Below, piece by piece: positions 19,148-28,763 of a stretch of DNA of 64,000 nucleotides (the stretch's first letter is position 1; every line of letters begins with the position of its first letter). The position numbers were made by a program, and so were the translations under genes. The stretch comes from Gemmatimonadota bacterium (GTDB lineage Bacteria; Gemmatimonadota; Gemmatimonadetes; Palauibacterales; KS3-K002). The stretch is from NCBI GenBank assembly GCA_020344215.1, contig CP070815.1, forward strand, positions 602,894 to 666,893. The letters are read 5' to 3'. A model generated the notes under the pieces. The model was given only the letters and a program-made list of their open reading frames with translations, was not told the DNA's origin and did not search any database.

Positions 19148-20452
19148 ATGCAGAGGAATCGCACCGCAACGCTCGTCGCCTTGGTCCTCACCCTCGCGGC
19201 TGTAGCTCCCACGAGCGTGGCGGCACAGGAAGCGAAAGTGGACAGCCTGGAAGCTCGTATCAAAGAGCTGGAAGCTCGCCTTGATAGCCTGCTCGCGGTA
19301 CTGGCAGGCGGCGAGCGTGCCGACAGTGCGGCGCTGCGGCAGGCCGACGAGCTCGAGGCACTACGTGCTGCGGCGCTGGCGGCTGCCGCCGAGCAGCCGG
19401 AGGCGGACACATCCCAGGAGAGCCGCACGCGCGACCTGAGCATACTCAACCCGGAGATCAGCGTAACTGGCGATGTGGTAGGAACTTACACAGCGCGCGC
19501 CGGGGCCGACAACAGGCTCAGCGGGGTACCGAGGGAGTTCGAGTTCGGATTCGAGTCGGCCCTCGATCCGTACACCCGCACGAAGATCTTCGTGAGCTAC
19601 CATGAGGAGCTCGAGATTGCGGGACTGGAACCGGAGGAAGAAGGTGAGGGGCACGAGCACGGCGGTTTCGAGATCGAGGAAGGTTACCTCTACTGGGTGG
19701 GGCTTCCGGCTAACCTGGGCCTCAAGATCGGCAAGTTCCGGCAAGAGATCGGACTCTACAACCGCTGGCACACACATGCACTCGTCGAGGTGGATCGCCC
19801 GTTGCCGACCGTGGCCTTCTTGGGCGACGATGGTCTAATCCAGACCGGCCTCGCGTTCACTCTCCCCACTGTGGTCACCGGTCCCGGCACGCATATGGCT
19901 ACGCTGGAGATCACCCGGAGTGAGAACGATGCTCTCTTCGAGGCGGCCAAGGAGATCAGCTTCCTCGGTAACTTACGGAGCTTCTGGGACCTAGGTCCTA
20001 GCTCCTACCTGCAGCTCGGCGTGACGGGGGTGTACGGCGCGAACGACGTCGCGGCCGAACCGTTCGATGCAAGCCTGCTCGCCCTGGACATCTCGTTTCG
20101 CTGGCGTCCCCCGGGCAGAGCTCTGTACCGCGACTTCAGCCTCAAGGGCGAATGGTATTATGCCAGGCGGGACTTCGGGTCTACCGACGTCACGGGGGAC
20201 GGAGGATACGTCCAGGCCAACTATCGGCTTAACCGGCGCTGGATCGCGGGGCTGCGGGCCGATTACCTGGACAACTACGGGGAGGGCGGCGAACTGTACC
20301 AGCTGGTCCCGAGCCTCACCTGGTGGCAGAGCGAGTGGGTGTTCTTCCGGCTGCAATACAACTTTGTGAAGCCGGAGAATGGCGACGGCAGCCACACTGT
20401 TCTGCTTCAGACCGTCTGGGCGATGGGGCCACACAAGCACGAGGCGTACTAG
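19148..20452 (+). CDS. Outer-membrane porin-like beta-barrel protein (copy 2)
   Basis: Paralog of 15247-16548 with the same signal peptide + coiled coil + beta-barrel architecture. His-rich loop EEEGEGHEHGG. Confidence 0.6.
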   Translation: MQRNRTATLVALVLTLAAVAPTSVAAQEAKVDSLEARIKELEARLDSLLAVLAGGERADSAALRQADELEALRAAALAAAAEQPEADTSQESRTRDLSILNPEISVTGDVVGTYTARAGADNRLSGVPREFEFGFESALDPYTRTKIFVSYHEELEIAGLEPEEEGEGHEHGGFEIEEGYLYWVGLPANLGLKIGKFRQEIGLYNRWHTHALVEVDRPLPTVAFLGDDGLIQTGLAFTLPTVVTGPGTHMATLEITRSENDALFEAAKEISFLGNLRSFWDLGPSSYLQLGVTGVYGANDVAAEPFDASLLALDISFRWRPPGRALYRDFSLKGEWYYARRDFGSTDVTGDGGYVQANYRLNRRWIAGLRADYLDNYGEGGELYQLVPSLTWWQSEWVFFRLQYNFVKPENGDGSHTVLLQTVWAMGPHKHEAY

Positions 20453-20523
20453 AGCCGGTCCCGGCGTGCGCCCGCGACTGATCGGGTCGAACCCCGAGGC
20501 CGACCAGGAAGGAGAGATTCAGG

Positions 20524-21612
20524 ATGGCTGAATGGGCAAGGCATCCAGGCGCCTTGCGGCGCATGGCGAGCATCGCGCTGGCGCTTCCGCTCCTGTTACC
20601 CGCCAACGCACGCGGTCAGGACAAGCTCCAGGTAGTGACGACGCTGCCCACGTACGCGGCAATCGCCCGGGAGCTAGCCGGCGAGCTCGCCGATGTGAGC
20701 GCTATCGCCCGGGGCGACGAGGATCCCCACTTCGTCAACCCTCGGCCGAGCTTCGCGGCGATGGTGGGCCGGGCGGACGTTTTCGTCGTCACCGGATTGG
20801 ATCTCGAGCTCTGGGTACCTGCAGTCATCGACCGGGCGCGAAATCCGAAGGTTGTAGAGGGAGGACCCGGTCACGTCGTGGCCTATTCCGGCATCGTGTT
20901 GCTGGAGGTCCCCGCGAACATCTCCCGCGCGGGCGGTGACGTTCACGTGTTTGGCAACCCCCACATTCACACCGATCCGGTGAACGGAATCATCATCGCT
21001 CGAAATATCCTCGCGACACTCAAGCGAGCGGATCCGGCAAACGCGGATGTCTATGAGGCAAACGCACAGGCCTTCGAAGACCGCGTGATGCGACGTCTGT
21101 TCGGAGACCAACTGATCGACATCCTCGGAGCGGACCCCATCCTGCAACTTGCTCGCAACTACGAATTCTGGGACTTCGCCAGCAGCCAGAGCTTCCAGGG
21201 CAGACCGCTTACCCACTACCTCGGCGGTTGGCTGGCCGAGGCGGCGCCGTTCCGAGGTCGGCGCATGGCATGCTATCACAAGAACTGGGCCTACTTCAGT
21301 GCCCGATTCCAGGTCCAATGCGCCATTTACATCGAACCGAAGCCAGGCATCCCACCGTCGCCGGGACATATGGCTGAGGTTATCGAGTTCATGGAGGACG
21401 AGAACGTCGGCGTGCTCTTCGCCGCAAATTACTATAGCCGAACACAGGTAGAGCGGGTGGCCTCCCGTACGAACGCACGCGCCGTAGTGGTTCCCGAGCA
21501 CGCGGAGGGCGCGGAAGGTATTGATAGCTATTTCGACCTCATCGACGCCTGGGTGTCCGGCCTCGCCGAGGCTTTCCTGGCGCTGGACCGCAGGCGCGAC
21601 CATCGCGACTGA
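20524..21612 (+). CDS. Metal ABC transporter substrate-binding protein, ZnuA/TroA-like (copy 2)
   Basis: LQVVTTLPTYAAIARELAGELADVSAIARGDEDPHFVNPRPS. AAGGAG RBS 9 nt upstream of the ATG. Paralog of 16624-17736 but lacks the N-terminal His-rich stretch. Confidence 0.75.
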   Translation: MAEWARHPGALRRMASIALALPLLLPANARGQDKLQVVTTLPTYAAIARELAGELADVSAIARGDEDPHFVNPRPSFAAMVGRADVFVVTGLDLELWVPAVIDRARNPKVVEGGPGHVVAYSGIVLLEVPANISRAGGDVHVFGNPHIHTDPVNGIIIARNILATLKRADPANADVYEANAQAFEDRVMRRLFGDQLIDILGADPILQLARNYEFWDFASSQSFQGRPLTHYLGGWLAEAAPFRGRRMACYHKNWAYFSARFQVQCAIYIEPKPGIPPSPGHMAEVIEFMEDENVGVLFAANYYSRTQVERVASRTNARAVVVPEHAEGAEGIDSYFDLIDAWVSGLAEAFLALDRRRDHRD

Positions 21613-21724
21613 AGTTCGCCACGAGCGCGTCCCGAGCTCGACGGCGGGCGCCACAGACTGAGGGGATCGAGGAGGGGGGCGGGACCGGACCCCCGCGCTG
21701 CACTTCCGATCGTACGGCGGAACG

Positions 21725-22587
21725 ATGGCAGAGCTGATGCTTCCGGCCCTCGTGGTCTCACTCATTCTGGTCGGCATCCACGGCTACCTGGGCATTCACA
21801 TCATCGCCCGGGGGGTAATCTTCGTGGACCTGGCCCTTGCACAGGTGGCCGCGCTCGGCTGGGCGGCCGCCGGCTTGGGTCTCTCTGAGGCGCTGGGTGA
21901 CTGGCTGGGGATCCCGGTCTCCGAAGCCGGCTACGCCATAGGGCTCGCCGCCACACTGATCGCCGCAGCCTTGTTCAGTGTCTCGCGGATGGAGCATGAG
22001 TTCGTGCCGCAAGAGGCGATCATCGGGATCGTCTACGTAGTGGCATCGGCAGGGACGATCCTTCTGGCAGCCCAAGCACCGCGCGGCTCGGAACACGTGG
22101 ACGAGCTCCTCTCGGGCAGCCTGCTTTGGGTGGCGTGGCCGGAAATCTTGAAGACCGCTCTCATCTACGCTGTCATTGGCGGGGTACACTGGCTGCTGCG
22201 CGATCGCTTCATCACGATCTCGATGACGCCGGACGAAGCGAAGGCGAGGAGCTGGAAAGTGGTCGGCTGGGACTTCGCTTTCTACGCGTTGTTTGGCGTG
22301 GTCGTCACTTCATCGGTGGCGATCGCAGGGGTGCTGGTCGTGTTCAGCTTCCTCGTAGCCCCGCCGTGATCGCCTTCCTGTTCACTGCGAAACCAGGCAA
22401 GCTGATCGCGATTGCCTATTCGACGGACACGCTGGCCGCAATTGCGGGACTGTACGCCTCGTACGAGACGGATCTGCCAACGGGACCGACGGTGGTGTGC
22501 ACGTTCGCGCTGGCGCTGCTGTCGGCCTTTGCGCTGTCCCAGATCAAGCGCCGCGTGCCCTCGGTATCAGGGGCGACAGCTGAATAG
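21725..22587 (+). pseudogene. ZnuB-like metal ABC permease (copy 2) disrupted by a 1-nt deletion (frameshift)
   Basis: Frame +1 (21725-22369) matches copy 1 up to ...VLVVFSFLV and then hits a stop. The rest of the protein (AVIAFLFTAKPGKL...TGPTVV) continues in another frame, 22126-22587. At DNA level, copy 1 has 'gtg atc cct gcc gtg' where copy 2 has 'gta gcc ccg ccg tg', one base shorter, at about 22355-22370. Confidence 0.6.
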
Positions 22588-22624
22588 CGAGCTGGGGACC
22601 CGGCCTCGCTACGCTCCTGTCCCG

Positions 22625-23236
22625 TTATCTGGGTCTCTCGCTTCGGCTCACCCAGCCGCTTCTGCGGTCGTAGAAGCGCCACCTCTTTGTCGTGCCCTTC
22701 GTGATCCCGACTCGGGTTGTGCGCGCTACCGAACTCTTCGGGACCTTGGTGCCCGGGGTGATGAACAGCGGCGCGTCGCTCAGACGGTGGCGCTGGAGGC
22801 TCGGGCCGATAGCGAGGGCCTGGGTAAGCTTAGCCGGCCCGGAGGTGAGCTCCCGATCCGTGCGACCCGGGCGCCGGCGCCGCATAGTCTCCAAACCTTC
22901 CAGCGGCTCGACGGCTCGGATCAACACGGCGGCGGGGTAGCCTTCGGGCCCCACCACGACGTTAAGGCACCAGTGGACCCCGAAGTTGAGATGGAAATAG
23001 GCCGTCCCCGGGGGACCGAACATGGGGTCGTTACGGGCGGTGCGCCCGATGGGTGCCGCGGCGTGGGAGGCCGGATCGTGCGGACCGGGATAAGCCTCCG
23101 TCTCGACGATCCGGCCCACGCAGCGCTTACCCCCGCAATCGGACACCAGGAAGGAACCGAGCAGCTCCCGCGCTACGGTCTCGGCCGGCCGGTCGAAAAA
23201 GGAGGCGGCGACCAAGGGCCGGTAGCGACCGTTCAT
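22625..23236 (-). CDS. mpg: DNA-3-methyladenine glycosylase (Mpg/AAG family)
   Basis: VGRIVETEAYPGPHDPASHA...FGPPGTAYFHLNFGVHWCLNVV is the Mpg family signature. The ATG overlaps the upstream gene's stop (ATGA at 23234-23238). Confidence 0.8.
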   Translation of the reverse strand: MNGRYRPLVAASFFDRPAETVARELLGSFLVSDCGGKRCVGRIVETEAYPGPHDPASHAAAPIGRTARNDPMFGPPGTAYFHLNFGVHWCLNVVVGPEGYPAAVLIRAVEPLEGLETMRRRRPGRTDRELTSGPAKLTQALAIGPSLQRHRLSDAPLFITPGTKVPKSSVARTTRVGITKGTTKRWRFYDRRSGWVSRSERPR

Positions 23237-25383
23237 CAGTCGCCGGTCTTCCTCTCCTCCCGGCGCGCCTCCAAAACCCGCTCCGCCCGGCGATCGGGCA
23301 GGACCTCGCGGACTCGTTCCGGCTCCTCGTCTAGAATCCGCAGGGTCTCGGCGCCAAACGCCTCGACCAGGGTCTCCGCAGTCTTCTCCCCCACCCCGGG
23401 ATAGCCGGTCAGGCGGGAGACTATGGCGCCGGTGTCGCCGCCGGCGGCCTGCTCAACACGATCCGCCTCGGCGCTCGCAGGCTCGCTGTCCGGCTTCTTC
23501 TGACCCTCGAAGACCGGTGGCGGTGCCTGCGACGGGCGATAGCGACCACGCGTGCCCCAGCGCCCGCGAATCGTACCTCTGGGCGCGCCGGGCAGCGGCG
23601 CCGGCGCGACCGCCGACCGCTTCGATTCGTCGCCCGCTTCCCGCGTCGGCGAAGCCACACCTCGATCGGCATGCTCGGCGGCACCGCCTACTGCCACGTC
23701 GACAGCCGGCGCGGCCGCCAGCGGCGCCGAGGCCACGGCGGCCTCTTCGACATCGACCTCGGCGGCCGAGGGCTCGGGCGGACGTGCAAGACGCTCTTCA
23801 GCACGATGGCCTTTGCGGGGCTCCCGCGGGCCTCTGCCCTCCTCCCGCGTGCGGCGCTCAGCGCCCCCGCGACTCGCCGGCCGCCGCTCTTCGCGCCGAC
23901 CCCTGCCGCCGCGCGCCGACGTCCCTTCAGCCCGCCCCCCGCCGGTCCGGCTTTCCCTCCTGCCCTTCGCTCCCCGCGTGGCCGCGGCCTGTCTACCCCT
24001 CGGCTCACCCCTGCCCTTCCTCGCTTCGCGCGGTTCTTCCGGGCGCTTGCGCTCGGGCGCGCGCGGCTCGCGCTTCGGAGCTGCTGCCGGTGCCTCGCGG
24101 TCCGCCGGCTCCTGGGGACCGGTGCCGAACAGCAAACGTGCCAGACGTTTGACCGTGGATCCTTTCTCACCGGCACTCGGCTCGGCGCTCGGCTGACGCG
24201 GCTTCCTGCGTCGCGCCGACCCCTTCGACCGCCCAACGTGGTAGTTCCCGTTGGGGCCTCTGGTCAGCTCGATGGCGCCTTCCTCGGCGGCCGCGAGCAA
24301 GAACTTGCTGAACTTGCTGAAGCCCAACTCGCCCTCATCGAAGGCCGGATCGATCTCGAGGATACGGCGCTTCACATCGCTGTCACGGACCGAGGCGTCG
24401 TCTGCTTCGAGCAGCGTCCCGAGCGCTCGATCCAGAAGCTCGAGTGCAGACTTCATCGTCAGCTTCGGCCGGGCCCGGCGCGTCCGATCCTCCTCGGTTG
24501 CCCGCGCGCCAGGCTCCGCTGCCTCTCTCACCTTCTCGCGAGCCCGGCGTCCGCCGCGTTCGACCTTCGCTTCCCGCTTCTTCGCTACGCCAGCGCTCTC
24601 CGGCTTGCCCCCCTCGCCCGGCGCGACGCCGTACTGGCCGTTCTCCATCTTCTGGATCGAGACCAGGCCCTGGGAAGCAGCCTCCACAACGAACCGGTTG
24701 AACTTGTTGAAGCCCTGCTCCTTCTCGTTGAAGGAGGGGTCGATCTCCAACATGACCTGCTTCAAGCGGTCAGACCTCATCGTGTCGCCGCGCTCGACCA
24801 TCTTCCCGATGGCCTTCTCGACCAACACCCATGGATCGTGACTCTCGAGCGGTTGATCGCCGCTCCTGCTCAGGCCCGACAGCGACGAGTAGCTGTAGTA
24901 CTCGTCGCAATTCTGCACCAGAAGGTCGGAGCTCGACTCTTGGATCCCCACGCCGATCACGTACTTGCCGTACTCCTTGAGCTTGAGGACCAGGCTGGAG
25001 AAATCGCTGTCCCCCGACATGAGGATGAACGTTCTGATCTCCGGCCGGATGAACACCAGCTCGAGAGCGTCGATCGCCAGCCTGATGTCCGTCGCGTTCT
25101 TCTTCGACGACCCGTATGCCGGCGCGAAGATCAGGTCGATCGACGCCTCCGAGAGCGGCACGATGTACTGCGGATAACGACGCCAGTCCGCGTACGCCCG
25201 CTGCACCGCTACCTTCCCACGTATCACGTCGGAGTTCAGGAGATTGCGGAGTTCCTGACCGAGGTTCGACCGGATGCCCATCGTGACGTTGTCGAAATCG
25301 ATGAGCAGCGCGGCCTGAAGTGAATCTTCCACGTCGGCGCGACTATCGCTCCGACGCTCAGGCGAGTCTTGTCGCATTCCCAT
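23236..25383 (-). CDS. NYN (LabA-like) nuclease-domain protein with two OST-HTH/LOTUS domains, a long Arg/Glu/Ala/Pro-rich low-complexity region and a C-terminal helix-hairpin-helix motif
   Basis: N-terminal NYN core (LLIDFDNV...AYGSSKKNATDIRLAIDALELVF...FILMSGDSDFSSLVLKLKEYGKYVIGVG). Two OST-HTH repeats (LKQVMLEIDPSFNEKEQGFNKFNRFVVEA; VKRRILEIDPAFDEGELGFSKFSKFLLAA). About 300 aa of RE/AP-rich disorder. C-terminal LTGYPGVGEKTAETLVEAFG (HhH). Confidence 0.65.
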   Translation of the reverse strand: MGMRQDSPERRSDSRADVEDSLQAALLIDFDNVTMGIRSNLGQELRNLLNSDVIRGKVAVQRAYADWRRYPQYIVPLSEASIDLIFAPAYGSSKKNATDIRLAIDALELVFIRPEIRTFILMSGDSDFSSLVLKLKEYGKYVIGVGIQESSSDLLVQNCDEYYSYSSLSGLSRSGDQPLESHDPWVLVEKAIGKMVERGDTMRSDRLKQVMLEIDPSFNEKEQGFNKFNRFVVEAASQGLVSIQKMENGQYGVAPGEGGKPESAGVAKKREAKVERGGRRAREKVREAAEPGARATEEDRTRRARPKLTMKSALELLDRALGTLLEADDASVRDSDVKRRILEIDPAFDEGELGFSKFSKFLLAAAEEGAIELTRGPNGNYHVGRSKGSARRRKPRQPSAEPSAGEKGSTVKRLARLLFGTGPQEPADREAPAAAPKREPRAPERKRPEEPREARKGRGEPRGRQAAATRGAKGRRESRTGGGRAEGTSARGGRGRREERRPASRGGAERRTREEGRGPREPRKGHRAEERLARPPEPSAAEVDVEEAAVASAPLAAAPAVDVAVGGAAEHADRGVASPTREAGDESKRSAVAPAPLPGAPRGTIRGRWGTRGRYRPSQAPPPVFEGQKKPDSEPASAEADRVEQAAGGDTGAIVSRLTGYPGVGEKTAETLVEAFGAETLRILDEEPERVREVLPDRRAERVLEARREERKTGD

Positions 25384-25623
25384 GCCTCTTGTAACTCCTT
25401 TTAAAACAACAGATTAGGACACTTGAGAGGCAGCTGCACCGTCGTGGCGCGAGGGGCGTGAGCGTCGAAGTTCGATGGGAAGGAGCTTTGCGAGGCTGGC
25501 AACGGCGCCGATAACCGGTGGAGAATCATTCCACACGGTTGCAGCAGCCGTGCCGAGCATGCCCTTCCACTTCGCACACCGCTCGGGCGACGCTGGCAGT
25601 TCTGGCTCTCTCAAACAGCGTAG

Positions 25624-27141
25624 CTAGTCCCGACGCGCTGCCCGCTCGGCCTGAACCATTCGAGCGAGTTCTACGCGGCGGATCTTGCCGCTCCCCGTCA
25701 TGGGGAACGAGTCCACGAACCGCACGAGGTCCGGGACTTTGTATTGGGCGATCCGCCCCCGGCAGAAATCCTCGATCTCGTCGCCGGTGACGATTGCGCC
25801 CTCCACAGGTGCTATGCAGGCGCAGATGAGTTCGCCGAGGATCTCGTCCTCGACACCTACCACGACGGCTTCCTGCACGGCCGGGTGCAACCTTATCAGG
25901 TCCTCCAACTCGCGCGGGTAGACCGTGTACCCCCCGCGCGTGATAGTGTCCCTCTTACGGCCAACAACATGGAGATAGCCGTCCTCATCTACCATACCGA
26001 GGTCACCGGTCAGAAAGAACCCGTCATCGGTAAACGAGCGGCTCGTCTCATCCGGCTGCCTGAGGTAACCCTTCATCACGTTATAGCCACGGACCGCCAG
26101 CTCACCGACGGACTCCACCGGAAGCGGCGTGCCGTCGTCGCCGAGCACCCGTGCTTCCAGACCCGGAAGCAGGCGGCCCGACGTGAAGTTGCGCTTTTCC
26201 GGCGGATCGGCGGCCTGCGTGATCGAGACCCACGGCGAGGTTTCCGTCAACCCGTAAGCCACTTCCACACCCGGGACAAGCCGCTCGCGGACCTCTCGCG
26301 CCAACCTGTCGAGAACCGACGCCCCCGCCATGATGCCTGTACGCAGACTGGAAAGATCGAGATCATCGATCGCCCCGCAGCGCAACTGCATCACGAACAT
26401 CGTGGGTACACCATGAAGCACGGTCACCCGCGCTTCCTCCACCAGCTGCAACGTCTCGACCGCGTCAAACTTGGCTACCGGTACCACACTGGAACCCACA
26501 CTCAACGCGGCGATCAGCGCACCCAGACCGAAGATGTTGAACATCGGCACCGGTAGGAGAGTCACGTCCTCTGTCGTCATCCCCAAGGCCTCGGCCAGCG
26601 CACCGTTGGACTGCACAAGGTTCGCGTGCGTCAGCATCACACCCTTCGGCTTCCCAGTCGTCCCGGCCGTGTAGAGGATAGCGTAGACATCCTCATCCGG
26701 GTTCACCTCGGCCGGCGGCAGGCTCTTCCCCTCCCCACTCGAAATCATATCCTCGAACTGGAAGACCCGGTCATCGTACCACAGGTCCTCCTCCCCCACC
26801 GTCACCATGTACTGCAGGTCGGGGAGACCGAACTGCATCCGCTCGAACAGCTCCAGGTTGTCTTGCCCCTCGAACTCCTCGACGACGATCACCACCGACG
26901 CCTCCGAGTTCCTGAGCATGAACTGGAGCTCGTGCGTCGAGTACGCCGGATTGAGCGGGACGATTGTCGCGCCCAAATATGCGGCGGCGAGAGCCGATAT
27001 CACGAACTCGGGCCCGTTCGGCAAATCGATGGCCACACGGTCCCCCGCCCCGATCCCTAGGTTGTGCAGCGCCGCCGCCAGGGCACGGGCCTGAAGCTGG
27101 ATCCGCTCGTAGGACAGCGTGTCTCTGCCGAGTCTCACCAA
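25624..27141 (-). CDS. AMP-dependent synthetase/ligase (acyl-CoA synthetase family)
   Basis: LYTAGTTGKPKGVMLTHANL AMP-binding motif, plus GYGLTETSP and GD..GY.HVVGRKRD motifs. Confidence 0.8.
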   Translation of the reverse strand: MVRLGRDTLSYERIQLQARALAAALHNLGIGAGDRVAIDLPNGPEFVISALAAAYLGATIVPLNPAYSTHELQFMLRNSEASVVIVVEEFEGQDNLELFERMQFGLPDLQYMVTVGEEDLWYDDRVFQFEDMISSGEGKSLPPAEVNPDEDVYAILYTAGTTGKPKGVMLTHANLVQSNGALAEALGMTTEDVTLLPVPMFNIFGLGALIAALSVGSSVVPVAKFDAVETLQLVEEARVTVLHGVPTMFVMQLRCGAIDDLDLSSLRTGIMAGASVLDRLAREVRERLVPGVEVAYGLTETSPWVSITQAADPPEKRNFTSGRLLPGLEARVLGDDGTPLPVESVGELAVRGYNVMKGYLRQPDETSRSFTDDGFFLTGDLGMVDEDGYLHVVGRKRDTITRGGYTVYPRELEDLIRLHPAVQEAVVVGVEDEILGELICACIAPVEGAIVTGDEIEDFCRGRIAQYKVPDLVRFVDSFPMTGSGKIRRVELARMVQAERAARRD

Positions 27142-27287
27142 GGGCCTGTCTGGCTCTTCCGCGGTGAAACGGTCGAGCAGGTCCTGAACCGAGAGGCCCT
27201 CGTAACGGGCTTGATTCGCGATAACTCCCCTCCGTAGCGGAAATTACCGAACCAGGTAATCTGCCCCGAAAGGGCCTGCCCGTCAAA

Positions 27288-28436
27288 TCACCGACCCTTG
27301 TCGAACAAGACCGCGCGGACCAGCTCCTCTGGCACCGGGTGCGTCCAGCTCCCCTCATCCGAGCCCGCCACGAGCCCGATATCGACCAGCAACGTGTAGC
27401 GGACCTGGCCCCCCTCCCGCTTCCCAGCCCGCTCCAGCGCCTCGAAGAACCGTGTTGGATCCGCATCCTGATCCAGCGCCACCGGCAGACGGGCCGCTTC
27501 GAGGACCTCGCGGACCCTTACCGAGACCCCCGGCCGGGTTACCCCCGCCGCCTCACCGATGGCGGCCTCCAGGGCCATCCCCGCGGCCACCGCCTCACCG
27601 TGCAACCAGGCGTAGCCCGAGATCGCCTCCTGCGCACTGGCCAAGGTGTGGCCGAAGTTCAGCACCCTGCGGTACCCACCTTCCCACTCGTCGCGGCTCA
27701 TGACTTCGGCCTTGATCTCCACGGATCGCGCGATCAGATCGCTCAGGCGCTCCGGGTCCCGGGCGAACAGGTCCTCCAGCCCGTCGGCGATGGACTCGAA
27801 ATACGCCGCGTCGAGAATGAGACCGTGCTTGAACGCCTCCGCGAGACCCGACGCGAACTGCGGCGCCGGCAGTGTTGTCAGCACCGCGGGGTCGGCCAGC
27901 ACGAGCGCAGGCTGGTGAAAGGCACCCACCAGGTTCTTGCCGGCCGGCGTATCGACGCCCGTCATGCCGCCGACCGAGCTGTCGAGCATCGCCAGCAGGG
28001 TGGTCGGAATCTGTATCAAAGGCACGCCCCGCATGAAGGTCGCGGCCACGAAGCCACCCAGGTCGCCGGCCACACCGCCGCCCAGAACGATGACAGCAGC
28101 ATCGCGCCCGAACCCAGCTCTCAACATCCCATCGCCAAGCTCGCTCCAGCTCTCGCGGGTCTTGTTCCATTCACCCGCCGGGAACTTCAATAGCGCCCCC
28201 TTCAACCCTTCCGCCTCAAGAGCGGCGAGCGTCCGCTCCCCATAGAGCTCGGCCACCTGAGTGTCGGCGATGATCGCATAGCGGTCCGCCGGGCATGCGC
28301 TGCCGATCATCGCACCGGCGTCGTCGAGCATGCCGGGTCGGACCCAGACGTCGTAGGAGACGACCTCCGCATCCCTCTTCACTTTGACCGTGGTGCGATG
28401 ACCGCCGTGCTCTTGCCCGTTCATCCTTCGTTTCAA
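27288..28436 (-). CDS. aroB: 3-dehydroquinate synthase
   Basis: GGGVAGDLGGFVAATFMRGVPLIQIPTTLLAMLDSSVGGMTGVDTPAGKNLVGAFHQP is the DHQS nucleotide/metal-binding core. Confidence 0.85.
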   Translation of the reverse strand: MKRRMNGQEHGGHRTTVKVKRDAEVVSYDVWVRPGMLDDAGAMIGSACPADRYAIIADTQVAELYGERTLAALEAEGLKGALLKFPAGEWNKTRESWSELGDGMLRAGFGRDAAVIVLGGGVAGDLGGFVAATFMRGVPLIQIPTTLLAMLDSSVGGMTGVDTPAGKNLVGAFHQPALVLADPAVLTTLPAPQFASGLAEAFKHGLILDAAYFESIADGLEDLFARDPERLSDLIARSVEIKAEVMSRDEWEGGYRRVLNFGHTLASAQEAISGYAWLHGEAVAAGMALEAAIGEAAGVTRPGVSVRVREVLEAARLPVALDQDADPTRFFEALERAGKREGGQVRYTLLVDIGLVAGSDEGSWTHPVPEELVRAVLFDKGR

Positions 28437-28763
28437 GCTACGAGTTCAATCAGTGCACGGTTCTTGAGCGACTTTTCAAAGTTATTCGACCAACGATCGA
28501 GCATCAAATGGGAGGGTCGATGAAGATTCCGATTTGACTACAAATGTTTCCAGCGGCGACCGTTGCCTGGGCCTTGCGAAAAGGGGTTACATAAACCTTT
28601 CTTTTTTTTTATTTTGTTCCTATCTTGATGCGAGTTGCGAAATATGTGCGGCTCGGGCGGAGGGGCGGATGGAAATTTTGTTGACCCTCAGCACCGCAAC
28701 GCTCGATGAACTCCGACAGGAGGGGTTCTGATAGGAAGCAACGGAGCACAAAGAGCTCCCGCT

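Noticed and set aside
23421-24841. Cluster of long plus-strand ORFs (e.g. 23517-24152, 23552-24196, 23671-25323, 24251-24841)
   Set aside because: All are antisense or out-of-frame to the 715-aa NYN/OST-HTH gene. Their products are Arg/Pro/Ala-rich nonsense generated by the GC-rich low-complexity segment.
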